Shown here in pieces: positions 21,580 to 39,079 of a stretch of 64,000 bases of DNA. The first letter of the stretch is position 1. Each line of letters opens with the position of its first letter. A model generated the notes under the pieces. It saw nothing but the letters and a program-made list of their open reading frames with translations. It searched no databases and was not told the origin of the DNA. Position numbers and translations under genes: made by a program. Origin of the DNA: the human T2T-CHM13v2.0 reference genome, Homo sapiens; the NCBI RefSeq assembly GCF_009914755.1, contig NC_060939.1; one strand, 5' to 3'.

Positions 21580-22928
21580 TGAAAGGTGACATCGTGCTGG
21601 CAGCCCTCACAGCCCTTGCTCGCTCTCTGCGCCTCCTCCGCCTTGGCGCCCACTCTGGCCGCGCTTGAGGAGCCCTTCAGCCTCCCGCTGCACTGTGGGA
21701 GCCCCTTTCTGGGCTGGCCAAGGCCGAAGCCGGCTCCCTCAGCTTGCCCGGAGGTGTAGAGGGAGAGGCGCCTACGGGAACCGGAACCGGGGCTGTGCGC
21801 GGTGCTTCCAGGCCAGCCTGAATTCTGGGTGGGCATGGGCTCGCCAGCCCGCACTCGGAGCGGCCAGCCGGCCCCGCCGCCTCGGGCAGTGAGGTGCTTA
21901 GCATCTGGGCCAGCAGCTGCTGTGCTCAATTTCTCACCAGGCCTTAGCTGCCTCCCCGCGGGGCAGGGTTTGGGACCTGCAGCCTGCCACGCCTGAGCCT
22001 CCCTGCCACTCCGTGGGCTCCTGTGCCGCGGGAGCCTCCCGGAGGAGCGCCGCCCCCTGCTCCACGGCGCCCAGTCCCATCAACCACCCAAGGCCTGAGG
22101 AGTGGGGGGCGAACGGCGCGGGACTGGCAGGCAGCTCCACCTGCGCCCCGGTGGGGGATCCACTGAGTGAAGCCAGCTGGGCTCCTGAGTCTGTTGGGGA
22201 CTTGGAGAACCTTTATGTCTAGCTAACGGATTGTAAATACACCAATCGGCACTCTGTATCTAGTTCAAGGTTTGTAAACACACCAATCAGCACCGTGTGT
22301 CTAGCTCAGGGTTTGTGAATGCAACAATCTACACTGTATCTAGCTAATCTAGTGGGGATGTGGAGAACTTTTGTGTCTAGCTCAGGGATTGTAAATGCAC
22401 CAATCAGCACCCTGTCAAAATGGACCAATCGGCTCTCTGTAAAATGGACCAATCAGCAGGATGTGGGTGGGGCCAGATAAGAGAATAAAAGCAGGCTGAC
22501 TGAGCCGGTAATGGCAACCCGCTCGGATCACGTTACATGTAGTGTGAGGTTTGTTCTTTGCGATATGTCTTGCTGTTGCTCACTCTCAGTCTTTGGGTCC
22601 ACGCTGATCTTATGAGCTGTAATACTCACTGTGAAGGTGTGCAGCTTTGCTCCTGAAGCTAGCGAGACCACGAACCCCCCCAGGAGGAATAAACAACTCC
22701 AGACGTGCCGCCTTAAGAGCTGTAACACTCACCAGGAAAGTTTGCAGCTTCACTTCTGAGCCAGCGAGACTACGAACCCGCGAGAAGGAAGAAACTCGGA
22801 ACACATCCAAACATCAGAAGGAACAAACTCTGGCCATGCGGGCTTTAACAGCTATAACACTCACTGTGAGGGTCCGCAGCTTCATTCTTGAAGTCAGTGA
22901 GACCAAGAACCCACCAATTCCGGATGCA
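21580..22928 (+). mobile_element. LTR12 (ERV9; LTR12C-like) solo LTR, 1349 bp
   Basis: Start TGAAAGGTGACATCGTGCTGGCAGCCCTC; CpG-rich U3; CCAAT repeats; U5 CACTCAC...GCAGCTTCA repeats; end CCACCAATTCCGGATGCA; TSD CCAT/CCAC. Confidence 0.95.
22240..22495 (+). promoter_or_regulatory. LTR12 promoter: five intact CCAAT (NF-Y) boxes, a GATA site and an AATAAAA TATA-like element
   Basis: ACCAATC at ~22241, 22283, 22399, 22425 and 22448; GGGTGGGGCCAGATAAGAGAATAAAAGC at ~22465-22492. Confidence 0.8.
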
Positions 22929-24169
22929 CCACTACACTTAACTATGTAAAAAAGAATTGCCAAACTGCTGATGCATTTTTACAATACTTCCTATTTTAAT
23001 CAAGACGAAGAGCTTTAACTATGAAAAAATTACCCAAATGTTTCTAATTAATTATCAAGTTTAAAAGAATTATTAATCTTTTTTTACTAATAATATAACC
23101 CTTTCTGGCACATTTTGTATACAGAATTACGTGATATCTAGAAACCAAAAACTTTAGTGAAACCCTAAAAAGAAATCCTGAACTATTAGATATGGATGTT
23201 TATACATTAAAAATATTCCTTAATTAATTAACTTATTTATATTTGAGACAGAGTTTCACTCTGTCGCCCAGGCTGGAGTGCAGTAGCACGATCTTGGCTC
23301 ACTGCAACTTCCGCCTCCCGGGTTAAAGTGATTCTCCTGTCTTAGCCTCCCAAGTAGCTGGGATTACAGGCGCATGCCACTAATCTCAAGCCCTTTCAAA
23401 TTCTTACTCCTTCATGAAACATTCCCTGATTCCGTTTCTCTCTTGCTAAACCTCTGTCAAACCAGACGTACCTTTCTTTTGCAAAAATCACATTCCTTCT
23501 TTCTCTTTGTTAAGGCAGGGTCTTGCTGTCTCGTCCATCAGGCTGAAATGCACTGACAAGATTATAGCTTACTGCATCCTCCAACTCCTGGGCTCAAGCA
23601 ATTCTCCTGCCCTAGCACCCCTGCCCTCCTCCAATAGTAGGGACTATAGGCACGTGCCACCACGCCTGAATAATTTTTGTTGTTGTTGAGGCAGGGTCTC
23701 ACTATGTTGTCTAGGCTAAAAATCACATTCTGATGTGAACTGATTCCTGCATATTCCATGGACCCACATTTCTGAGCACTGACGGTTTGCTACCTACAGA
23801 GGTCGGCCCCACTAGCACCAAAGCAATGAGGACCTTGCCTGCCACAATTTCTACCATTTCTCTCTCTCTCTCGGAGACAGGGTCTCACTCTGTTGCCCAG
23901 GCTGGAGTGCAGTCTGGACTTCCTGGGGCTCAAGCGATCCTCCTACCTCAGCCTCCCAAGTAGCTGTAACCACAGGTGTACACCACCACACCCTGCTAAT
24001 TTTTGTAGAGATGGGGTCTCTCCATTTTGCCCAGGTTGGTCTCAAACTCCTGGACTCAAGTGGTCTGCCCACGTCAGCCTCCCAAAGTACTGGGATTACA
24101 GGCGTTAGGCACCATGCCTGGCTGCCTGGCGTAAGTTATTTTCTTTTCCCTTTAGTGAGGATGTAGTCA

Positions 24170-24579
<410 letters not shown>

Positions 24580-24888
24580 TCAGTCTGAACAACAGACTTC
24601 CAGCTTGGGTCCCTGGCTGTCATTCCAGTTTCCTTTCAGGGCAGCAGCCTGGCCCTGGAGCCTTTTCAGCGGAAGCTCTGACCCCTTACACAGTTTCTAA
24701 CCGACTCTTTCTGCAGTATCCTTTACACTGACTCACATGACCCTTCTTGTTCTACTTTGTGGCCAGCATCTTTGCTGATGACAAATCCTGCACCCATATC
24801 CTGACCCCTCTCTTTGGGGCCCTCAAAGACTGACCCCAAAATTATGTTCTTAGGACCCCATTATGGGGCTTCCTCCCAGATCCCCTGA

Positions 24889-25301
<413 letters not shown>

Positions 25302-26181
25302 TAAGGCCTTAAATATAAAAACTGTCTAATTGGCTGGGCGTGGTGGCTCACCCAAGATTGTGCCACTGTACTCCAGACTGAGTGACAAACCAACCAACCA
25401 ATAAACAAAAATAAGGAGATAAATGCTTGAACTAAGACAAGAAAAAAGTACTTTGGAAAAGAGAAATAATTTATGAGAAAGAACTGATAAAAACTAGGAG
25501 CAGAGAATATGTACAAAGAAGACAGACTCTGAGTACTGGTTAATTTCAGATACAGTGAGAGTTACCTGCAGTGGCTCCCAGCATGATAAATCTGATATGT
25601 CTTTTACACAGTATATTCATTTTTACCAGATTATTATATATTGTAAAAGAATATTCCTAATCCTAGCCTCATAATCTTTTAAAATTTAATTTTAAAAAAT
25701 TGAAAAAAAATATATAGATATATATTTTGAGATGGAGTCTCACTCTGTCACCCAGGCTGGAGTGCAGTGGCATGATCTTGGCTCACTGCAATCTCCATAT
25801 CCTGGATTCAAGCAATTCTCCTGCCTCAGCCTCCCGAGGAAAAAAATATTTTTGTGAGAGAGGGTCTCATTCTGTATCCTGGGCTGAGTGCACTGGCACG
25901 ATCACAGCTCACTGCCACCTCAACTTCCTGGGCTCAAATGATCCTCCCACCTTAGCCCCCTGAGTAGCTGGGACTACAGGGGTGTGCTACCATGACCGGC
26001 TAATTTTTTATGTATTTTTAGATGTGGAGTCTAGCTATGTTGCCCAGGCTGGTCTCAAACTCCCGGGCTCAAGTGATCCTCCTGTCTTGGCCTCCGACAT
26101 TACTGGGATTACAGGCGGGAACTACCATCCTCAGCCAATATTATTGTATATGTAGAAAATACTAATGAATCTACAGAGTAA

Positions 26182-26412
<231 letters not shown>

Positions 26413-26714
26413 TAGTAGAGACAGGGTTACACCATATTGGCCAGGCTGGACTCAAACTCCTGACCTCAGGTGATCTACCTGCCATGGCCTCCCAAAGTGC
26501 TGGGATTACAGGCGTGAGCCACCATGCCCAGCCAAAAATGAAGTTTTATAAAATACGCTATTAAGAGTAGCTAACAATGTATTATCTTGGACTTGATATT
26601 GGAGCAGAAAAAGGTGGTTAGTGGAAAAATTGTAGAATCCAAATATAGCCAGTAATTTAATCTTATTTTACCAATGTCTATGTCTTAGTTTTTACAGATG
26701 TATCATGGTTTCTA

Positions 26715-27095
<381 letters not shown>

Positions 27096-27258
27096 TCATA
27101 CACTCTATGTGTGGAACGTCATTATGTAACCCATGAATATGAACAATTATTATTTATCAATTAAAAATATAGAAAATAGGCCAGGCACGGTGGCACACAC
27201 ATGTAATCCCAGCACTTTGGGAGGCCAAGGAGGGCAGATTACTTGAGGCCAAGTTCGA

Positions 27259-27420
27259 TATGATTCGGTTGTGGATTCGCTCATAGTTTGAATTTGCTAG
27301 GCAGAATAGTAAGGACAAAGTAAGTCCATGGGCAATTATGAGGATAATTGCACCAGTAAAACTTCAGGGGATTTGAATGAGGATAGGCACAATAAAAAGT
27401 GCCATATGGCTTACAGAGGA
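27259..27420 (-). pseudogene. NUMT: fragment of mitochondrial ND4
   Basis: In the vertebrate mitochondrial code it reads [54 protein letters not shown] (TGA=W, ATA=M), matching ND4 SS(I/V)SHMAL...[29 protein letters not shown]. Confidence 0.95.
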
Positions 27421-27483
27421 ATGACTATAGTAGCAGAGGTTCAAGAAAAGCCTGGCCAACATGGTGAAACCCCATCTCTACTA

Positions 27484-28196
<713 letters not shown>

Positions 28197-28320
28197 CTAA
28201 AAAGACAAAAAAAAAAAAAAAAAAAGCCAGGAGCAGTGGCTCACGCTTGTAATCCCAGCACTTTGGGAGGCTGAGGCAGACGGATCACTTGATGTCAGGA
28301 GTTCAAGACCAGCCTGACTA

Positions 28321-28572
<252 letters not shown>

Positions 28573-29066
28573 TCAGCACTGTGGGAGGCCAAGGTCAGCA
28601 GATTACCTGAGGTCAGGAGTTTGAGACTAGCCTGGCCAACATGGTGAAACCCTATCTTTACTAAAAATATACAAATTAGCCAGGCATGGTGGCACAAGGC
28701 CTGTAATCCCAGCCATTCAGGAGGCTGAGGCAGGAGAATTGCTTGAACCTGAGAGGCAGAGGTTGCAATGAGCCGAGATCGCACAACTGCCCTCCAGCCT
28801 GGGTGACAGGGTGAGACTCTGTCTCAAAAATAAATAAATAAATAAAAATAAAATAAAATAGCTATAATAATTAAGACAGTGTGTTATCAGCATAAAATAA
28901 ATAAATAACCAATAGTACAGAGCAGAGAACCCAGCAAAGACCCATCATGCATTGACACTGGATAATTTATGGTGGGAGCACTGCAGTTTTTCAATAAATG
29001 ATGCCACACAATTAGGTGTCCATATACAGAAATATGTTAAATTTATCCCTACCTCACAGTTTATTA

Positions 29067-29835
<769 letters not shown>

Positions 29836-30157
29836 TAAAATTTAAAATTTTAATTTTAGGCTGGGCGCAGTGGCTCACGCCTGTAATCTCAGCACTTTGA
29901 AAGGCTGAGGCTCCATCTCAAAAAAAAATTATTTTATAATATTTAATTTTGTTTACAAAGTAATTGTATTTGCTATTCTGTTTATTTTCCTTATTATTAA
30001 TTTATTTCTACTTAGACTGTATCCTCAAAAATGATTTTGACCCATACAAATTAAGTTATTTCTCTCTTCTGGCTGGGTGTGTTGCCTCGCGCCTGTAATC
30101 ATAGTACTTTCAGAGGCCAAGATGGGTGGATCACCTGAGGTCAGGAGTTCAAGACTA

Positions 30158-30418
<261 letters not shown>

Positions 30419-30592
30419 TTAGGAACTCTCATACACTGCTGTTGGGTATGTAAATCAGTAAACAGTTTGGCAGAAGGCAGCAAAGTTAAATATATACATA
30501 TGTAACAAATCCACTCCTGGAGAAATTCATGCATGTTTACACCAGGATACATATATAAGAAACCTCGTAGCAACACTGTTTGCAATAACTAA

Positions 30593-30868
<276 letters not shown>

Positions 30869-32114
30869 TGACCTCGGGATCCACCCATCTCAGCCTCCCA
30901 AAGTGCTGGGATTCAAGCGTGAGCCACCCTGCCTGGCCGCGTAATGTTTTATTTCTTGAACTGGATGTTCACTTTGGATTTTTCCGTAAACAGTACATTT
31001 TCATTTAGTTAACTTCTAAGTATATTTCACAATAAAAAAGTTTTTAAAATTTCCTGGCATTCCTCTCTTGTTCCTCTAAGGCTTCCTTGAAAGTTTCCAG
31101 TTACCACTCTCACCTGGAAATCACTACAAATTAGTTTCGTAATTGAGATTTCACAAGATGCTAGATCAAAATGCTTTACCGATAGCCCAATTTTGAATAT
31201 CTAACACTTCTCTTCTTCTCTCATTCCTGGAATTCTTAATCCAAAAATCCCCCAGAAAACCACTCATACCAATCTGACAAGGTCAACTATTTAAATTCAT
31301 CACTGCTGTTGATTAGTCAGAATTCCTTCATCCTTTAGAGGCGTACACATTTTTTCTTTTTAAATATTTATTTCTTTATTTGATTTAATTTTGAGATTAG
31401 AATCGCACTGTGGTGATTTCCAGAAACATTTTCCGAAATTCATGTATTCTTTCCTCATTCTTCCTGAATTCCTATTATTTGTTCAGCACCTACAACAAAA
31501 TCAGGGGGGCGGGGGACGTAGGAATATCACAATGACACATCGTTGATATTTACAAAAATAACAGCAAATGAAAGATTTAATCTATGTCATACAATGAGAA
31601 ACACAACTGATGGATGATACTTTGATTTCCCTGTTGTTTTTAAACATTAGCAACGAGTCATACAATATTACTGGTATTTGCATTTCATCATCACTAGGCC
31701 TAATTTTTTCTAACCGAAGGGAGATTTTCAACATACAGTTAGCTTTTCATTCATCTGCCTGACCAAAATCTAATCCTCTGACATCTAAATCTTTCTTGGT
31801 TGTCAAGTTTCTTCTAATCTCATTTATAGGATATCACTCCAAACACCACTTCCTTTCCTACACTTATAACTCACTACTATACCATGTTCCAAAATATTAT
31901 TGTAAGTTTTTTACTTCTAATTACAATGCACCTCTGAAAAGAGGGCTTTTCTCATTCCTCCAGGCATTATGTGGACAGCGGGGCACAGATAAGACAACAT
32001 AAATTCATGCAACATGATTTCCTGTCTCTGGGAGAAATCATAGATGATTGTGGTAAGCACTACAGGTGTCCTCTTATGACATATATCTTCCTCAAAAATT
32101 ATGTGGTATACCCC

Positions 32115-32540
32115 TGTATTTGTCAGACTCTAACCAGGAAAACAGGAAGCATTCTAAGTATTGGAAACAGGAAATTTAGTACAGGAAATAAATTGCATGG
32201 CTGATGGAGGAGATGAGAAGGTGAGGCAGTCTAGAGATTATCAACAGTGGGAAGACACTACTATACCTTAGCTGAAGGAACAAAGCAAAGAAGTGGTATT
32301 ACTAGGGCCTAGGAGCCAGAATGACCTTGTAGAAGCTGAAACCATGGCAGGCCTGTCAGGCTGGTAATGCTGCCATAGAGGAGATGTAGCCAATGCTGGA
32401 AATACTACCCAGGGCAGAATGAGGCAGGTACAATATCCTGGTGTCCTCCCGCTTCCCTCCTAGATTCCACCAGTGCTTTCCTTTAGCCAAATCCAGCTAA
32501 AAACCAACAGCAGCAGGAGTACAGGGCAAGGGCAAGAAAT
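32115..32540 (-). mobile_element. Old ERVL-class LTR (LTR33-like)
   Basis: CAGGAAAACAGGAAGCATTCTAAGTATT...AATTTAGTACAGG...TGATGGAGGAGATGAGAAG resembles LTR33-family termini; highly diverged. Confidence 0.45.
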
Positions 32541-33080
32541 GAAGGGTTTGGGAAAAAAAGGAGGTTTGGAGAAGTCGTGACACTCATCTCCAAGCAGTCA
32601 AAGGACTATCACTTGGGAGAGGGAATGGATTTATTCTCCATGGCACATCAAGAGATGGAAAAGCCAGCTGGGCATGGTGACTCATGCTTGTAATCCCAGC
32701 ACTTTGGGAGGCCGACGCAGGCGGATCACGAGGTCAGGAGTTCGAGACCAGCTTGGCCAACATGGTAAAACCCCGTCTTTATTAAAAATACAAAAATTAG
32801 CCAGGTGTGGTGGTGGGCGCCTGTAATCCCAGCTACTCGGGAGGCTAAGCAGGAGAATCACTTGAACCCAGGAGGTGGAGGTTGCAGTGAGCCGACACCA
32901 TGCCATTGCATTCCAGCCTGGGAGACAGAGCGAGACTCCATCTCAATAAAAAAAAAAAAAAAAAAAAAAGCCACAGAAAGATGTGAGTGGTAGAATCTAG
33001 GTAGTGGGTATGTGGGTGCTCACTGTGTAATCTTTTGACTTTACTGTATATTTTAAATGTCCAAAAAAAAAAAAAGTTAG

Positions 33081-33846
<766 letters not shown>

Positions 33847-34849
33847 AAAGTAGTTGAACCCTTGAAAGCTTATGGGACCATTGTGAAAATGAAACGGGAT
33901 GACCTCAAAGCAACATTCACAGCAAGGAATCGAGAAGCTAAGCAATTAACTCAGAAAGAACACGTCAGCGAAACCCATCTGATCGACATGTTATTTCACA
34001 GGCAGAAACGGAATTACAGAGAACTGCAATGGATGCTAGCCGAACAAGTCGTCATCTGGAGGAAACTATTAACAACTTTGAAAGGCAGAAAATGAAGGAT
34101 ATAAAGACTATATTTTCTGAATTTATCACAATCGAAATGTTATTTCACGGCAAAGCTTTAGAGGTCTACACTGCTGCCTACCGGAATATACAAAACATTG
34201 ATGAAGATGAAGATTTAGAGGTTTTCCGAAATTCTCTGTATGCACCAGATTATTCATCTTGTTTAGATACTGTAAGAGCGAATTCAAAGTCACCTCTTCA
34301 GAGATCACTGTCAGCTAAGTGTGTATCTGGAACAAGACAGGTATCCACTTGTCGACTAAGAAAGGATCAACAAGCAGAAGATGATGAGGATGAAGAGTTA
34401 GATGTTACAGAAGAAGAAAATTTTCTTAACTACACATTTCCATTTTCATCATAAATGACATAAAATCCACAATGACTAAATTGTAGAACTTTATACTCAC
34501 TTTGATATGTTAAGCCTCAAAGTGAAGTCCAACTGGAAACAGAAAAATATTTAAAGAAAACTTATGCTGACCAAAAATGAAGGCTTTAAAAAAATATTGC
34601 ATACCAGTCATTTCAACATCCTACCTAGTGTTACATGATTTTTGTGTAAGTGCCTTTTTTTAGAAGATGGTGTATTTCAAAGTATTTCATATTAATGTAC
34701 TATATCTACTTGAAGTTCCAATAGTGCATTATGACAGAAACCAAAAGATCTAACAATTCTGCTTAGCTTTTTGGTTAAGACTCCATGCTTTCATTACCAG
34801 AAAAGGGTCTTATGTAGTCATTCTGATTACATGTAATTCTATTCCATGA

Positions 34850-35133
<284 letters not shown>

Positions 35134-38131
35134 TTCCATGAAGCCTTAAGAAAAAAAATTTTTTATAACTTTCCCTAAAACTTTATCATTTGATAAGTAA
35201 ATTTACTTTTCAAGAAGGGTATAATCAAAGAGTAAAGATAATGTGACACTAAGATATCAGTGTTTTATGAATACACATAAGGCATAAATTTCAGCTGTAA
35301 AAAAGCCACATTCAGTCTGACTCTGGTTTTAAAACAAAACTTCTGTCATAATTATAGATGATACTGCAACTTTTGGAAGGCTAATTTGGTGGAATGTTGC
35401 CTCATCATAGAACACCACAGATCATTAAAAATTATATAAAAATTTTACCAAGCTACCATATAGTTAATAAAAGGGTATACAGTCACTTTTATTTTTGAAA
35501 ATATAAAACATGGAGACTTTCAGTGTATATGATGCTTCTCTTTTGGTAAGGAATTATACTTTTATTTCATGGATCCCAGGCAGGCATATCAAAGTTATGG
35601 AATTTATAAAATCATTTGGGATAATTAGAAAATTCAATTATTCATAACAGAAAAATAAAGACTTTCTCAAAAGCAAAAAAAAAAAAAAAAAAGCAGCAAA
35701 TACTTATTATCTCCCAGTTTCTGGGGGGTCAGGAATCCAGGATCAGCTGAGCTGGATGATTCTGGTTCACGTTCTCTTATAAGTTTGTGGTCAAGCTATA
35801 GGCTGGACTGTAGTCACCTGAAGGCTTGACTGGGGAGGATCTACTGGAGAGGAATGACCACTGTTTGGTTGTGGGAGATGAAGACATAGTCCCTCACAGA
35901 CTGTCGGCTGGAGTCCTTGGTTCTCTGTCGGGCCGAATCCTCCCAAAAGTATTCTCCCAACATGGCAACCAGAACAAGTGATCTGACAGAAAGAGTGCAC
36001 CCAAGATGGAAGCCATAGTATTAGGCCTTTTAGAAGCAAGGAAAGTATATACCAAGATTCTGGGAAGATGGCAGGGTGGTAACGGTGGCATACTTTCTAG
36101 ATCTTCTCAAATCCCCATGTAAAAACAGAATAATTAGAGGACAAAACTCCAAACCCATGAACAATATTTACAACATACTGGGTGATGAAGTAACTCATAA
36201 ACCTGAAATTGCAAAGAGGTGGGGACAACCCAAGAGATACTGACAACCATGTGGGAAAAACAGTAGAGGGAAGCAATGGGGTATCTGACAGACCTAAGAA
36301 GAAAATTGGTATTCACTAGAGAGTGTTAAGCGCCAATTTGAGAACAACAGCTGAAACCAAAAGGGGTTTTTTCACTCCAATAGCAATTGCATGAAAGGAT
36401 CCCACAGTCTGAAGGTATACCCAGGCTTGAACAGTCTAGACCCTATAAGCTCTGTATAATAACCAACCATGGATCCCTTCCAGGACAAGTTCACACACTG
36501 GGGAGAAACTTCTAGAAATGGAACAAAAACTGAGCAGGGTAGGGAAAACAGAAAGGAAAGAGAGATAAAAGTACTAGGGAAGAAGACAAAGCCAAGAAAT
36601 CTCAGAAAGCAAATAACTGTGATTTTAACACTACACAAAAACAACAAAATAGGAAGCTCTGTGAAGTTAAAAAATTAATTGAGCCTAGCCTGATGTGGTG
36701 GCTCACACCTGTAATGCCAGCACTTTGGGGAGCCAAGGCAGGAAAACTGATTGAAGCCAGGAGTTCTAGACCGCCTGGACAACATAGTGGGAACCTGTCT
36801 GCCCCCGCCAAAAAAATTTTTTTTTGAGACGAAGTCTAATTCTTTCACCCAGGCTGGAGTGCAGTGGCGTGATCTCAGCTCACTGCAACCTCCACCTCTG
36901 GGTTCAAGTGATTCTCCTGCCTCACCTCCCCAGTAGCTGGGATTACAGGCATGTGTCACCATGCCTGGCCCAAAGAAACCCCTTTTTTTTTTTTTTTTGA
37001 GATGGAGTCTTGCTCTATCACCCAGGCTGCAATGGAATGGCGTGATCTCGGCTCACTGCAACCTCCGCCTCCCGAGTTCAAGCGATTCTTCTGCCTCAGC
37101 CTCCTGAGTAGCTGGGACTACAGGCGCATGCTACAGTGCCTGGCTAATTTTTGTATTTTTAGTAGAGATGAAGTTTCACCATACTGGCCAGGCTGGTCTC
37201 GAACTCCTGACCTTGTGATCCGCCTGCCTCGGCCTCCCAAAGTGCTGGGATTACAGGTGTGAGACACTGCGCCCAGCCCCAAATTTTTTTTTGAAAACTA
37301 GCTGGGCATGGTGGCACATGCCTCTAGTCCTAGCTACTTGGGAGGCTCAGGTGGGAAGATTGCTTGAGCCCAGGAAGTCAAGACTGCAGTGAGCAGTGAT
37401 TATGTCACTGCACTCCAGCCTGGGTGACAGAGTGAGAGTGTCTCAAAATAAAAAAAAAAAAAAATAAATAGATGAACACTCTAATATATTGGTGCATAAA
37501 AAGCTAAAATGCATTAAGAATATTATGTAAGATGGCCGGGCAGGGCGTCTCATGCCTGTAATCCCAGCACTTTGGGAGGATCACTTGAGGCCAGGAGTTG
37601 GAGTCTAGCCTTGGCAGTATAATAAGAACCCCATCTCTAAAAAACAAACAAAAAACTATACAGCATATTTTAAAAATCACACTGTATCTGAAAATGGTGA
37701 TCCAGAATGACCAACACCAAAACATAGTCTAACAAAATCATTTGACTTGAAAGAAAAAGAGGCCAAGGTGGGCAGTTCGCTTGGGTCCAAGAGTTCGAGA
37801 CCAGCCTGGGCAACATGGCGAGACTCTGTCTCTACTAAAAATACAAAAAAATAGCTGGGTATGGTGGTGCACGCCTGTGGTCCCAGCTACTGAAGTGGGA
37901 GGATCACTTAACCCCAGAGGGTGGAGGTTGCAGTGAGCTAAGATTTCGCCACTGCACTCTATCCTGGGTGATAGAGTGAAACACTGTCTCAAAAAAAAAA
38001 AAATTATATCAGTCGGGCGCGGTGGCTCACGCCTGTAATCCCAGCACTTCGGGAGGCCAAGGCAGGTGGATCACCTGAGGTCGGGAGTTCAAGACCAACC
38101 TGACCAAGATGGTGAAACCCTGGCTCTACTA

Positions 38132-38287
<156 letters not shown>

Positions 38288-38689
38288 TCAAAAAAAAAAA
38301 ATTATATCTTAGTAAAACCGTTAAAAATAATTTGTGGTTGATATAACTTACAATGAGAGTTCATCAAACTACAAATGAGGTTTCTGGTTTACATAATACT
38401 ATTCTGATTTTCTTCCTATTTGTCTTCTCCTTCTTGGTCTCTGTGTGTATCTCTTCCTGTTTACTTTTTTTTTTTTTTGAGAGGGAGTCTCGCTCGTCGC
38501 CCAGGCTGGAGTGTGCAGTGGCGCAATCTCGGCTCACTGCAAGCTCCGCCACCTGGGTTCACGCCATTCTCCTGCCTCAGCCTCCCGAGTAACTGGGACT
38601 ACAGGTGCCCACCACACCCGGCTAACTTTTTGTATTTTTAGTAGAGATGGGGTTTCACTGTGTTCGCCAGGATGGTCTTGATCTCCTGA

Positions 38690-38891
<202 letters not shown>

Positions 38892-39079
38892 TAGCTGGGA
38901 TTACAGGCATGCACCACCACACCCAGCTAATTTTGTATTTTTAGTATAAAGACAGGGTTTCTTAGTGTTGGTCAGGCTGGTCTCAAACTCCAGACGTCAG
39001 GTGATCCACCCACCTCAGCCTCCCAAAGTGCTGGGATTACAGGCATCAGCCACAGCGCCCAGCCTTGCCCTATTTTAGG

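Larger units (their letters stand above)
20587..22936 (+). mobile_element. LTR8 solo LTR (contains an Alu and an LTR12)
   Basis: Start TGAAAGTGCCTTTGCAGAATTATGACCGAGACAGTGAAAGAGATCTAAC; terminal TACA at 22933-22936; 4-bp TSD CTTG/CTTA. Confidence 0.85.

Noticed and set aside
21600-22160. CpG-island-like region as a gene promoter
   Set aside because: Entirely within the LTR12 U3; no host exon found.
22560-22900. Spaced repeats CACTCAC...GCAGCTT...CCA.GAACCC
   Set aside because: Standard LTR12 U5 tandem repeats.
31000-32110. ~1.1-kb apparently repeat-free AT-rich island with one G-run
   Set aside because: No recognisable exon, RNA gene or motif cluster; conservation cannot be assessed from the sequence alone.
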